Assembly (NCBI GenBank): GCA_038250545.1
Contig: JBBSCF010000014.1
Coordinates: 7,962-71,961 of the forward strand
Source of the DNA: Candidatus Limnocylindrales bacterium
Lineage (GTDB): Bacteria; Chloroflexota; Limnocylindria; Limnocylindrales; CSP1-4
Direction: 5' to 3'
DNA length: 64,000 bases
Numbering within the stretch: position 1 is the stretch's first letter; each line of letters opens with the position of its first letter. The notes below the pieces were generated by a model that was given only the letters and a program-made list of their open reading frames with translations, searched no databases and had not been told where the DNA came from. The position numbers and the translations under genes were made by a program. Below are positions 29,918 through 41,781 of this stretch, piece after piece.

Positions 29918-30907
29918 CTAGGTCCCGGAGATCGCCTTGAAGATGTCCTGGAGCTCCTGGTCCGTGGCGATGCCCTCGAACGAGCCGCGCACGATGCCCT
30001 GGCCGTCCACCGCGAAGATCCACGGCTCCGACAGGATGCCCCACTCGTCGACCGCGGTCACCGGCTGCAGCTGGTTGTTCGCGTCGAGGACCGGCTGGAG
30101 GCGACCCTCGGTCCAGGTCATCTGGTAGGGCTCGACGTTGATGAACTCGATGTCGTCAGGCGCGCTCGCGGCGGCCTTCTTGAGGTGGTCCAGCGTCGGG
30201 CCGCACTGGGCGCTCTGACAGAAGGCCGGCGTGGCGAAGATCAGGACGAACGGCTTGCCCTGCGCCACGGCCTCCGCGACCGACATCCGATAGAACGACG
30301 GGTCCGGGTTGAGGTCGGTGCTGATCTTCTTGAGGTCTCCGCCGACATCGGACGCCGTGGGGGTCACCGATGCGGGCGCCTTCGCGCCGATGTCGACCGT
30401 GGGCAGGCTCTCCTGGACGTCGAACGAGACGCCGATGGCCTCCTGCGGGCTGCCCGGGGCCTGGGTGATGAAGATGGCCTTCCAGGCGCCGGCCTCCGGG
30501 AACTCGGTGCGGGCGATGTACTCGCCGCGCGAGCCCTCGATGGCCCACACGAACGTGGCGGGTACGGCCGTACCGGGCTGCGTGGAGCCAGGTGCCATGA
30601 ACGCGACCTGCGCGGTCCGGTCCGGGGACGCCACGGGCAGGTTGCCGGCCGAGTCGAGGAACGAGAAGACGAAGCGCGCCGGGCCCTTCTCCTGCTGCCC
30701 GATCAGGACGGGGACGACGGACGGGCTCTGAGGACCGGCCGAGCTCGACGCCGGCGCCTCGCCGGACGCGGCCGCGGAGGGCGGCGCCGTCCAGCCGGCC
30801 GGGCCGGAGTTGCCCGAGCCTCCGCTGGTGCACGCGCCGAGCGCGAGGCCCGCGGCGATCGCGAGGGCTGCCAGGCGGGCGGCGGGGACGGTTCGCGGGC
30901 GGCGCAT
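29918..30907 (-). CDS. thioredoxin-fold lipoprotein (TlpA/Sco-like)
   Basis: Lipobox LALGAC. C-terminal FVLIFATPAFCQSAQCGP motif in a thioredoxin-like context. Divergent from the heme A/O synthase gene. ATG 30907. Confidence 0.75.
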   Translation of the reverse strand: MRRPRTVPAARLAALAIAAGLALGACTSGGSGNSGPAGWTAPPSAAASGEAPASSSAGPQSPSVVPVLIGQQEKGPARFVFSFLDSAGNLPVASPDRTAQVAFMAPGSTQPGTAVPATFVWAIEGSRGEYIARTEFPEAGAWKAIFITQAPGSPQEAIGVSFDVQESLPTVDIGAKAPASVTPTASDVGGDLKKISTDLNPDPSFYRMSVAEAVAQGKPFVLIFATPAFCQSAQCGPTLDHLKKAAASAPDDIEFINVEPYQMTWTEGRLQPVLDANNQLQPVTAVDEWGILSEPWIFAVDGQGIVRGSFEGIATDQELQDIFKAISGT

Positions 30908-30990
30908 GGGATGAGCGTAGCCCGATCGCCCCGGACGCGCCGGGACGGGTCGGGGCGGCCTGAGACCCTCGGGATCGCGCGCGGCCGTGC

Positions 30991-33039
<2,049 letters not shown>

Positions 33040-33061
33040 CCCGCCGCCCGGGAGACCGGGC

Positions 33062-33730
33062 TCACTCCCCGAGGACCCCGCGCGCCTCCAGGACGGCGCG
33101 CCGGCGCCTCGAGACGCGGCCTTCCCGGTCGAAGAGCCGCAGCGTCACCTGGACCAGCGGGCCGATCCCGAGCGCGAACACGACCGTCCCGAGGCCGACC
33201 GTCCCGCCCCCGAGGAACCCTGCCGCGAGCACGGTGAGCTCGATCGCCGTCCGCGCCCGGCGGATCGACCAGCCGAACCGCATGTGCAGGCCGGTCATGA
33301 GCCCGTCGCGCGGGCCGGGCCCCAGGTCGGCGGCGAGGTAGAGCCCCGACCCGATGGCGATCGTCACGACGCCGGCGACCATCATCGCGAGCTGTGCCGG
33401 GAGCCCGTCCGCCGCGGGGATGAGCGTCATGGCCACGTTGGTCGAGGTGCCGATCAGCGCGATGTTGATGATCGTCCCGACGCCGGGACGCTCGCCCAGC
33501 GGGTACCACGCGGCCAGCACCGGGATGCCCACGAGGATGCTGACGGTGCCCAGCTGGAGGCCGCTGAGCCGCGCGATGCCCTGGTGGAAGACCTCCCAGG
33601 GCCCGAGGCCCAGGCCGGCCTCCGCCATCAGGCCGATCCCCAGCCCGAACGTGACCAGGCCCACGAGGAGGCCCGGGAGGCGGGGCAGGACGACGCCAGG
33701 AGACCAGCGGGACGGGGCGGGCGCGGACAC
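33062..33730 (-). CDS. YczE/YyaS/YitT-like membrane protein
   Basis: GLGIGLMAEAGLGLGPWEVFHQGI motif and multiple TM helices. Confidence 0.7.
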   Translation of the reverse strand: MSAPAPSRWSPGVVLPRLPGLLVGLVTFGLGIGLMAEAGLGLGPWEVFHQGIARLSGLQLGTVSILVGIPVLAAWYPLGERPGVGTIINIALIGTSTNVAMTLIPAADGLPAQLAMMVAGVVTIAIGSGLYLAADLGPGPRDGLMTGLHMRFGWSIRRARTAIELTVLAAGFLGGGTVGLGTVVFALGIGPLVQVTLRLFDREGRVSRRRRAVLEARGVLGE

Positions 33731-33772
33731 CCGGCGGATGGTACCGGCACGGGCGTCCGCGACCGACGCGGA

Positions 33773-35392
33773 TCAGCGAACCCGCGCCGCCCGGGCGATC
33801 TCGGAGAGGAGCGCGTCCGCCGTCGGCGGGCGCCCCAGGACGCGGCGCACGACCTCGCCCGGGGCCCGCTCCCGCCCGTAGCGGAGGATCCGGTCACGGA
33901 CCCAGCCGTACCAGCCGGGGTCGCCGTCGATCCAGTCGCCGCGCGTCTCGCGGATGGCGGCCCGGAGGGCGGCCGCGAGCACCGCGCCGATCGCGTAGTT
34001 GGCCATGTACCCGGGCTCCTGGATGAGCTGGCCCCGCATGGCCCACCACGACAGCTCGGGATGCGGGGCGATGCCGAGCCAGGTCGACGTGAGCTCGGTC
34101 CAGACCTCGTCCACGTTGCGGCCCGGGTTCGCCAGCAGGCGGATCTCGAACAGGGCCCAGGCGGCATCGAGGGCCGTGGCGGCGTGGTGGCTGCGCACGG
34201 CCAGCGCGTCGGGCACCTCGGGCCTGCCGGCGAGCCACCGGCGCTGCCAGGCGGGCTCGGCGGTGTCGCCCGCGACGAGCTCGGCCAGCGCCTCGGTCAA
34301 CGCGTCGGACTCCGGCCAGTCGGCGAAGGCGGGGCGTGTCCGGATGCCGGCGAGGTGGATCGCGTGCCCCGTCTCGTGGATGAGCTCACACAGCTCGGAG
34401 AAGCCGCCCTCCGTGCAGGACGCCATGACCAGGGGCTCGCCGGGGTCCCAGGTCCCGTCCTCGCGCCGGTGCGGCCGGGCGCCGAACGTCGTGAACGCCA
34501 CCGGAACCGGCAGGCGGCCCGGGCGCGGCCGGATGTCGAAGTTGACGTGGAGCTCGTCGAGGTCGGCGCCGAGCGACGCGTGGACCTCGCGGTTGATCGC
34601 CTCGACCTCGGCCAGGGGGATGGGCCCGAAGATCCGGGCGGCGGCCCCGGCGTGCCACCACCAGTGCCACGGCTCCACCGGGGGCTCGCCGGCGGCCCTC
34701 GCCGGCTCGACGACGGCGGCCCGCCAGGCGGCCAGGGTCGTGAGGGCCCACGTCTCGACGGCGTCGCGCGTCACGTCGAGGGCCGCCGCGTTGCGGGCGA
34801 TCGACGACGTCCCCGCCCGCGAGGCCGGCGCCGCCGCCCGGACGAGGGCACGGTAGGGCGAGGCATCACCGTCATCGCCCGCCATGACCCGCCACAGGGG
34901 CTCGAGCGCGAGGAACAGGGCCCGGCGGCGGTCCGGGTCCGGCTCCGTCCCGAGGCGGGCCAGCAGCTGGAGTCGGGTGATGACCCCATCGTCCACGGCG
35001 ATGGCCTCGGCCCGTGCCGCATAGCACGCCTCCAGGCGAGCCTCCAGGGCGTCGGCTCCGTGGGCGAGCGCGTCGCGCCAGCCGGCCGGGTCGTCGCAGG
35101 CGCCCTCGGGCATCGCCTGGGGTACGGGGAGGTGGTAGGCATCGGCGCCGTCCATGCCGGACTGGATGAGGTCCAGGGCACGCCGGTCCTCATCGCCGAG
35201 CCCGTCGCGGGACGCGGCGTCGAACGCCTTCAGGCGGGCGTGGACATCGGTCGAGGTCTCGAGGGCGCGGGTCTCGAGCGCCGCGACATCGGCCGGCTCG
35301 CCACGGGCCCGCGCCACGTCGAGCCGGTCGCGCGCGTCACGGGCGACGAGGTACGCGCGCTCCAGCGCCTGCAGGCGGTCCCCGGGTGTCAC
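33773..35392 (-). CDS. gluzincin (clan MA; M2/M3/M32-like) zinc metallopeptidase
   Basis: HETGHAIH zinc motif, a downstream TEALAE, and PGYMANYAIGAVLAA. Confidence 0.7.
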   Translation of the reverse strand: MTPGDRLQALERAYLVARDARDRLDVARARGEPADVAALETRALETSTDVHARLKAFDAASRDGLGDEDRRALDLIQSGMDGADAYHLPVPQAMPEGACDDPAGWRDALAHGADALEARLEACYAARAEAIAVDDGVITRLQLLARLGTEPDPDRRRALFLALEPLWRVMAGDDGDASPYRALVRAAAPASRAGTSSIARNAAALDVTRDAVETWALTTLAAWRAAVVEPARAAGEPPVEPWHWWWHAGAAARIFGPIPLAEVEAINREVHASLGADLDELHVNFDIRPRPGRLPVPVAFTTFGARPHRREDGTWDPGEPLVMASCTEGGFSELCELIHETGHAIHLAGIRTRPAFADWPESDALTEALAELVAGDTAEPAWQRRWLAGRPEVPDALAVRSHHAATALDAAWALFEIRLLANPGRNVDEVWTELTSTWLGIAPHPELSWWAMRGQLIQEPGYMANYAIGAVLAAALRAAIRETRGDWIDGDPGWYGWVRDRILRYGRERAPGEVVRRVLGRPPTADALLSEIARAARVR

Positions 35393-35450
35393 GTCCCCAT
35401 GCTCGCACGGGGCGCCCCCGCCGGGTGCCCGCGTATGTCACGATCCACCG

Positions 35451-37007
35451 ATGGAGCTCACATTCCTCGGCGGCGCCCGGACCGTGACCGGCTCCCGCCA
35501 TCTCGTCGACACGGGTCGGGCGCGGGTCCTCGTGGACTGCGGCATGTTCCAGGGAGGCCCCGACGAGTCGATGCGCAACCGGGTGCCGCTCGGCGTGGAC
35601 CCGGCGACGCTGGACGCGGTGGTGCTGACGCACGCCCACCTCGACCACTGCGGGCTGCTGCCGCTCCTCGTCCGCGAGGGGTTCCGCGGCCGGATCATCT
35701 GCACGGCCGCCACGGCGGAGCTGGCCCGCCTCGTCCTGCTGGACTCGTCGCGGCTCCAGGAGGAGTTCGCCAAGCGCTCCGCTCGACGCGAGCGCCGCAA
35801 CCCGGAGCGTGCCGCACAGCAGGAGGCCCGCGCCGAGAAGGCCTTCGAGGAGGTCGTGGAGCTGGCGGCGGCGGGCGCCGGGAGCCCCGGCGGCCCCGAC
35901 CCCGAGGACCTGCTCCGTGCCGCAGGCCCTATCGTGGAGCTGGGTCTCGACGACCCGCTCTACACGGAGGATGACGCCGGGGCCACCCTGCCGCTGCTGC
36001 TGACGATCCCGTACGGGTCCGAGCACGAGGTGGCCCAGGGCATCCACGTCACGCTGGTCGATGCCGGGCACATCCTGGGCTCGTCGATCGTCCGCATGCG
36101 GCTCACCGCCCCAGGCGCCGGGCGCGACACCATCGTCGTGTTCTCGGGTGACCTGGGCCGCCCGGGGACGCCGATCCTGCGCGATCCCAGCGCGCTGTCG
36201 GAGGCCGATGTCGTCCTGTGCGAGTCCACGTATGGCGGGCGCGAGCACGAGGCCGCCGAGGCGTCGATCGCGAAGCTGGCCGAGGTCGTCGGCGAGACGG
36301 CGCGCAGGAAGGGCGTGCTCCTGATCCCGTCGTTCGCGATCGGGCGCACCCAGGAGATGGTCTGGGAGCTGAGCCGGCTCGTGGAGGCGGGCCGGGTCCC
36401 GCAGATGCCGCTCTACCTGGACTCGCCGATGGCGAAGGCGGCCTCGGACATCTACCGCGCCCATCCCGAGGCCTACGACGAGGAGACCGCCAAGCTCCTG
36501 CGTGAGCACCACGCGCCGCTGGACTACCCGGGGCAGCACGTCGTGCAGAACGTCCAGGAATCGGAGCGCATCGCCAGGGCGAACCCGCCCTACATCATCA
36601 TCGCGTCCAACGGGATGCTCACCGGCGGGCGGTCGGTCGGCCACGCGGAGCGGCTCCTGGACGACCCGAAGGCGACGATCATGTTCGTGGGCTACCAGGG
36701 CGAGGGCACGCTGGGCGGCCACCTGATGCGCGGCGCCGAGCATGCCCGCATCAACGGGAGGGAGATGCCGGTCCGGGCCGCGATCCGGTCCGTGGACGGG
36801 TTCTCCGCGCACAGCGACGAGCCGGAGCTCCTCGCGTGGCTCGGCGGGTTCATCAAGGGCCGGCGGCCCGGGGATCCGGGCGTGCCGTCGCGTGTCTACC
36901 TGGTTCACGGCGACCCGCCCGCGCAGGAGGCGCTGGCGCCCAAGGTCGCCGCGCTCGGGCTCCCGGTCGAGGTGCCCGCGTGGCACCAGACGGTGCCGCT
37001 GGGGTAG
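35451..37007 (+). CDS. MBL-fold metallo-hydrolase of the beta-CASP (RNA-metabolising) type
   Basis: VDCGMFQG and THAHLDHCG motifs, plus beta-CASP and C-terminal motifs (ESTYG, FSAHSD). Confidence 0.85.
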   Translation: MELTFLGGARTVTGSRHLVDTGRARVLVDCGMFQGGPDESMRNRVPLGVDPATLDAVVLTHAHLDHCGLLPLLVREGFRGRIICTAATAELARLVLLDSSRLQEEFAKRSARRERRNPERAAQQEARAEKAFEEVVELAAAGAGSPGGPDPEDLLRAAGPIVELGLDDPLYTEDDAGATLPLLLTIPYGSEHEVAQGIHVTLVDAGHILGSSIVRMRLTAPGAGRDTIVVFSGDLGRPGTPILRDPSALSEADVVLCESTYGGREHEAAEASIAKLAEVVGETARRKGVLLIPSFAIGRTQEMVWELSRLVEAGRVPQMPLYLDSPMAKAASDIYRAHPEAYDEETAKLLREHHAPLDYPGQHVVQNVQESERIARANPPYIIIASNGMLTGGRSVGHAERLLDDPKATIMFVGYQGEGTLGGHLMRGAEHARINGREMPVRAAIRSVDGFSAHSDEPELLAWLGGFIKGRRPGDPGVPSRVYLVHGDPPAQEALAPKVAALGLPVEVPAWHQTVPLG

Positions 37008-37142
37008 CGCGGTGCTCCATGGGTGCCGGGCCCGGAGTGGTTGCGCCACCCTCGGGAGCACCAGCAGGGTACCCGGCTCGTCGCCCACCCGGCGGGCCGC
37101 ACCTCCGCTACGATCGGCCTGTCTCCGCAGGAGAAGGAACCC

Positions 37143-38453
37143 TTGACCAGCCGCGTCCCCGCCTCGCCCCGCACGCCCGCTCCGGTCACGCCCGAGGAGA
37201 TCGCCCGCATCCGTGATCCGTTCCGCAGGGCGACGCTCCTGCCCGCCCGCGCCTACCACGACCAGGCGATCTGGGAGTGGGAGCGCGAGGAGATCTTCTT
37301 CCGCGACTGGATCGCCGTGGGGCGCGCGGAGGAGGTCCCCGAGGCGACGTCCTTCATCCTGCGCGACATCCTCGGCGAGAACGTGATCATCGTCCGCGGC
37401 CGCGACGGCGTGATCCGCGCCTTCTACAACGTGTGCCGCCACCGGGGCACCGCGGTGGAGGAGCGTGAGTGCGGCAAGGCGGTCCGCTTCCAGTGCGTCT
37501 ACCACGCCTGGATCTACGACCTCGACGGGCGCCTCGTCCGGGCCAAGCACACCGAGGACCTCGAGGACTTCAGCTTCGAGACCTACGGGTTGACCCCGAT
37601 CCGCTGCGAGACCTGGGGCGGCTTCGTATTCCTGTGCTTCGCCGACGAGACGGTGACCCCGCCGCTGGGTGAAGCCCTCGGCGACTGGTCGGACCACCAC
37701 GCCGGCATGGGCCGCGACCTGTCCACGCTCCGCCGCGCGACCCGGCTCAGCTACGACGTCGGGGCGAACTGGAAGATCGTGGCCGAGAACTACAGCGAGT
37801 GCTACCACTGCCCGCCGGTCCACAAGATGCTCAACCGCCTCACGCCCTATGACCTGGGCGAGGACTTCCTCGCCGAGGGCCCGTGGAAGGGCGGCTGGAT
37901 GCCCTTCGCCGAGGGCTGCGAGACGATGTCGATCAGCGGCACGCGCGACGGCCGCCCGCTCCTCTACGCCCGCGACGAGGCGGAGGCCGGCCTGATCTAC
38001 TACTACATCCTGTGGCCGAACCTGATCGTCTCGGTCCATCCGGACTACGTCCTCACGCACCAGGCCTGGCCGGACGGCCCGAACCGGAGCACGGTCCTGT
38101 GCGACCTGTACGTCGAGGCGGACACGCTCGACACGATCGACGTCAGCGGGGCCGCCGAGTTCTGGGATGTCACCAACCGCGAGGACTACCACGTCGTCGA
38201 GCTGCAGCAGCAGGGGACCCGTTCCCGCTCCTGGACGGCCGGCCGGTACTCCAACCAGGAGGCCTCGGTCCATGCGTTCGACATCATGGTCGCGGACCGC
38301 TACGCGAACGACGGCTCCCGGACGGTGCGGGGCTGGCGGACGGAGACGGCCAGCGACCGCCGGCTCGTGACGAAGCTGCTGGGCCCGGCGCAGCAGGCCG
38401 AGGCCGCGGAGGCCGCGGAGGCCGGGCAGCCGGAGCGCGCCGAGCCGCGCTGA
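37143..38453 (+). CDS. Rieske-type aromatic ring-hydroxylating oxygenase alpha subunit
   Basis: CRHRG...CVYHAW Rieske motif and NYSECYHCPPVH in the catalytic domain. TTG 37143 follows GGAGAAGGAA; the track ORF starts at 37023. Confidence 0.85.
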   Translation: MTSRVPASPRTPAPVTPEEIARIRDPFRRATLLPARAYHDQAIWEWEREEIFFRDWIAVGRAEEVPEATSFILRDILGENVIIVRGRDGVIRAFYNVCRHRGTAVEERECGKAVRFQCVYHAWIYDLDGRLVRAKHTEDLEDFSFETYGLTPIRCETWGGFVFLCFADETVTPPLGEALGDWSDHHAGMGRDLSTLRRATRLSYDVGANWKIVAENYSECYHCPPVHKMLNRLTPYDLGEDFLAEGPWKGGWMPFAEGCETMSISGTRDGRPLLYARDEAEAGLIYYYILWPNLIVSVHPDYVLTHQAWPDGPNRSTVLCDLYVEADTLDTIDVSGAAEFWDVTNREDYHVVELQQQGTRSRSWTAGRYSNQEASVHAFDIMVADRYANDGSRTVRGWRTETASDRRLVTKLLGPAQQAEAAEAAEAGQPERAEPR

Positions 38454-38491
38454 TCCCGGCCCGGCGATGCTCGTGAGGGTGGTGGGCGCCC

Positions 38492-40222
38492 TCAGGTGGG
38501 CCCGGGCGTCCCCATGGCGCGGCCCGCCGCGGCCCGCTCGATGGCGGCCCGGAACCCGTCGTGGCCCGTGACGGCCTCGAGGAAGGGCTCACGCTCGAGA
38601 GCGAGCAGGACGCACGGGCCGAGGGCCGTCACCGTGGCCGTCCGCGGAACGCCCCGCAGGAGCGCGATCTCCCCGATCCCCTCGCCGGGCTCCTCGACGG
38701 TCGAGACCTGGCGCCCCGCGATCGTGACGCGGAAGCTGCCCGATTCGAGGATGTAGAAGCGATCGCCCGGATCGCCTTCCCTGATCAGGACCTTGCCGGC
38801 CTCCAGCGTGACCCAGCGGGTGCGCCCCGCGACCGACTCGAGCTGGGGCGGTGGCAGCGACGCGAACACGGCGCTCCGGCGCAGCAGGGCGAGCTCGCGG
38901 ACGGGGACATGGACCGACCGGTCGATGGCCCGGAAGCGCGTCCATGCGAGCGCGACGCTGCCCGGGAGCACCAGGCCGACCACGATCAGGGTCGCGTGGA
39001 TCCCGATCACGGGCACGAGGAGCGGCAGCCCCGCGGAGCCGATCGCCAGGAACGCGAGCCCGATCCCCTCGAGGGCGCCCAGGATGCGGGCCAGCTGGTG
39101 GTCGGGCGTGACGCGCTGGAGGAGGGTCCGCCCGGCGACATCCGCCGCGGCGAAGCCGACCCCGCCCGCGACCATCACGACGGGCGCCAGCAGCGCGGGC
39201 GCGACCGTGCCGAGGGCGACGATCGCCAGGCCCCACACGAGTGCGCGGGCCGCCAGCGCACGGGCCAGCCGCTGCCGGCCGACGAGCGCGAAGCTGGCGG
39301 CGCCACCCAGGACGGTACCGAGGCCCATGGCCGCGACCAGGATCCCGGCCCCGGCCTTACCCGTGTGGTAGACCTCCAGGGCGAGGAGCACGAACAGGAC
39401 ATCCGTCGCGCCGGACGCGAGCATGCGCAGCGCCAGGACCAGCACCACGATCCGCGTGTCGGCGTTGGCCGACAGGGTCCTGAGGCCCTCGAACACGAGC
39501 GCCCTCGGTGAGCGGTCCTGGTGCTCGCCGCCCGGGCCTTCCGAATCCCGGCGCCGGTCGACCGGCAGCCCGAGGGTCAGGAGCACGGCCACCGCGCACC
39601 CGATCCCGCCCAGCGCGAACACCGCCCCCGGCGATGCCAGCGACAGGATGGCCGCGGCGATCAGCGGTCCGACCAGGAGCCCGGCGCCCTCGACGGTCCC
39701 GGCCAGGCCATTGGCGGCGGTGAGCTCCTCCGGGGTCCGGGCCAGGCTGGGCAGCAGCGAGCCCTGGGCCGGCCGCGTCACCGTCAGCGACGTGGCGGCG
39801 ATCGCGGCCGTGGCGTAGACGAGGAGCGGCGGCGCACCCGCGAGCATGCCGGCCCCGGTGGCGCCGAACGCGATCGCCTGGAGCACGTAGCCGCCGAGCA
39901 GGACGCGCTGGCGCGGCAGGCGGTCCGCGATCGACGAGGCCACCGGGGCGATGGCCGCCGCCGGCATCAGCTGCGCCAGCGCCACGACCCCGACCATGGT
40001 CGGTCCGGACGCGTCGTACGCGTACAGGAGGACGGCAATCCACGTGCCGAACTCCACCGCGTTGAACAGGAGGAACGCGATGAGCACGCGCCGCAGCGAG
40101 GGATTGAGGAGGACCGAGCGGATGACCCGTCCGGACGTGCTCGTGCCGCGCCGGAGACTCGCGAGCCGGGACACGGCGACGCCAGGGGGCACGGGGGATC
40201 CGGCGCCGGGACGCGACATCAT
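38492..40222 (-). CDS. MFS transporter fused to a C-terminal cyclic-nucleotide-binding domain
   Basis: About 12 TM helices, followed by LEAGKVLIREGDPGDRFYILESG...GEIALLRGVPRTATV. Confidence 0.8.
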   Translation of the reverse strand: MMSRPGAGSPVPPGVAVSRLASLRRGTSTSGRVIRSVLLNPSLRRVLIAFLLFNAVEFGTWIAVLLYAYDASGPTMVGVVALAQLMPAAAIAPVASSIADRLPRQRVLLGGYVLQAIAFGATGAGMLAGAPPLLVYATAAIAATSLTVTRPAQGSLLPSLARTPEELTAANGLAGTVEGAGLLVGPLIAAAILSLASPGAVFALGGIGCAVAVLLTLGLPVDRRRDSEGPGGEHQDRSPRALVFEGLRTLSANADTRIVVLVLALRMLASGATDVLFVLLALEVYHTGKAGAGILVAAMGLGTVLGGAASFALVGRQRLARALAARALVWGLAIVALGTVAPALLAPVVMVAGGVGFAAADVAGRTLLQRVTPDHQLARILGALEGIGLAFLAIGSAGLPLLVPVIGIHATLIVVGLVLPGSVALAWTRFRAIDRSVHVPVRELALLRRSAVFASLPPPQLESVAGRTRWVTLEAGKVLIREGDPGDRFYILESGSFRVTIAGRQVSTVEEPGEGIGEIALLRGVPRTATVTALGPCVLLALEREPFLEAVTGHDGFRAAIERAAAGRAMGTPGPT

Positions 40223-40344
40223 GCGAGTGTATGCACGGGCCGGCGACGCGCGCGCCCGCTTCGGCCGCCTGTCGGCGGCCCCGCGACGCGTACCCTATGG
40301 GTGACGGAGGCCCGCGCCAGCGAGCCGGAGCGGAGGGATGCCTG

Positions 40345-40662
40345 ATGAAGCAGCTGGTGGTCATCCTCCAGGCCGACGATGCCGAGGCCGCGTGCGTCGC
40401 GCTCCGCGATGCCGGGTACCGCTTCACCCGGCTCACGTCGCAGGGCGGCTTCCTGGGGACGGCCAACGTCACCCTCGTGATGGCCGTCGAGGACGAGGGA
40501 GTGGCCGGCGTCCTCGACCAGCTGCGCGCCACCTGTACCGCGCGCGACATCGAGGTGCCGCTCGTCCTGTCGGGGCGTCTGCGCGACTGGCAGGAGCGGT
40601 CCGTCGCCTACGGCGGCGCGACGGTGATCATCACCGAGGCCGTCGAGGTCATCCACCTGTAG
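40345..40662 (+). CDS. darA: PII-like cyclic-di-AMP receptor (DarA/PstA/YaaQ family)
   Basis: MKQLVVILQADDA...GYRFTRLTSQGGFLGTANVTLVMAVEDE...GGATVIITEAVEVIHL closely follows the YaaQ-family pattern. Confidence 0.75.
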   Translation: MKQLVVILQADDAEAACVALRDAGYRFTRLTSQGGFLGTANVTLVMAVEDEGVAGVLDQLRATCTARDIEVPLVLSGRLRDWQERSVAYGGATVIITEAVEVIHL

Positions 40663-40836
40663 CGCGTCCCCCGCCGGCCCCGATCGCGGTGTGACGCCCC
40701 GCGGGCTCGGGCTGCGAATGGGACCGCGGACGGGGCCTCGGCCGGGGTCACCGCACCCAGGGGCGATCGCGCGTCCGCGCGCGCAGGCCTCGCTGGGCTC
40801 CAGCTCCGCCGCCGTCCCGGCCGATAGCATGGCCGG

Positions 40837-41625
40837 GTGCCGATCCTGCTGGTCAAGCTCCTGCTCACGCCGCTCATCGTGGGCGGCGCGAGCCTGGCGG
40901 CGCGACGCTGGGGTCCCTCGATCGGCGGCTGGATCGTGTCGCTGCCGCTCACGTCCGGACCGGTGCTGTTCTTCCTCGCCGTGGAGCAGGGTCCGTCGTT
41001 CGCCGCCGACGCGACGGTCGGCACGGTCCTCGGGCTGCTCGGGATCTGCGGGTACACGGCGGGCTACCTGGTGGGGAGCCGCCGCGGCGCCGCCACCGGG
41101 CTGGCGTTCGCGTCGCTGGGGTACGTGGCGGTCGCCGTCGCCGTCCAGCCGGTCACCGGGGCGCCGTTCGCCGTCCTGGCGGCGATCGTGGTGGCGGCCA
41201 TCGCCGGCGTGATCCAGCTCCTCCCGGCGCCGGACGGGCCGGCCGCGCCGCGCGAGCATCCGGCCTGGGACCTGCCCACGCGGATCGCCGTGGGCACGAC
41301 GCTCGTGGTCGGCCTCACGACCCTCGCCCCCAGCCTGGGCCCGGTGGCGTCGGGGATCGTCGCAACGTTCCCGGCCTACGTGTCGGTCCTCGCCGTGTTC
41401 GAGCACGTCCGCGGGGGTCCCGCCGCGGGGCTGGGGGTGCTGCGCGGGCTCCTCGTGGGCCTGTTCGGGACCGTGGCCTTCCACGTCGTGATCCGGACGC
41501 TGGTCGTGCCGCTCGGCGTGGCCGTGGCGTTCCCGGTGGCGATCGCCGTGACCAGCGCCATCGGCGCGGTGGCGCTGCGCCGCGTGCGGGCCGGGCTCCT
41601 GGCCCCGGAGCCCGAGACGATCTAG
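40837..41625 (+). CDS. hypothetical polytopic membrane protein
   Basis: Six to eight hydrophobic helices. I recognised no family. Confidence 0.55.
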   Translation: MPILLVKLLLTPLIVGGASLAARRWGPSIGGWIVSLPLTSGPVLFFLAVEQGPSFAADATVGTVLGLLGICGYTAGYLVGSRRGAATGLAFASLGYVAVAVAVQPVTGAPFAVLAAIVVAAIAGVIQLLPAPDGPAAPREHPAWDLPTRIAVGTTLVVGLTTLAPSLGPVASGIVATFPAYVSVLAVFEHVRGGPAAGLGVLRGLLVGLFGTVAFHVVIRTLVVPLGVAVAFPVAIAVTSAIGAVALRRVRAGLLAPEPETI

Positions 41626-41781
41626 GTCGCGCCATTCCGTCCCGCCCGCCCGGAAGGGGCCGGATGAACCATGACAGGTCCCCGACGCGGCGTGCACCCT
41701 CGCAGGACCTCGACCCGGATGCCGGCACGGCGCGTCCGGGCCCCGATCCGTTGCTGCGCCACCTCACCGCGGAGTCCGGCA

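Noticed and set aside
35337-38273. A 978-aa minus-strand ORF over the MBL hydrolase and Rieske oxygenase genes.
   Set aside because: The plus-strand genes carry definitive motifs (THAHLDHCG; CRHRG...CVYHAW). The antisense product is low-complexity.
40663-40836. A ydaO-type c-di-AMP riboswitch in the G-rich spacer after the DarA-like gene.
   Set aside because: Only loose similarity is present (ACGGGG, GGGGTCACC, ACCCAGGGG). The conserved GGGGUGAAUC/AGCCGGG blocks and the pseudo-twofold architecture are not evident.
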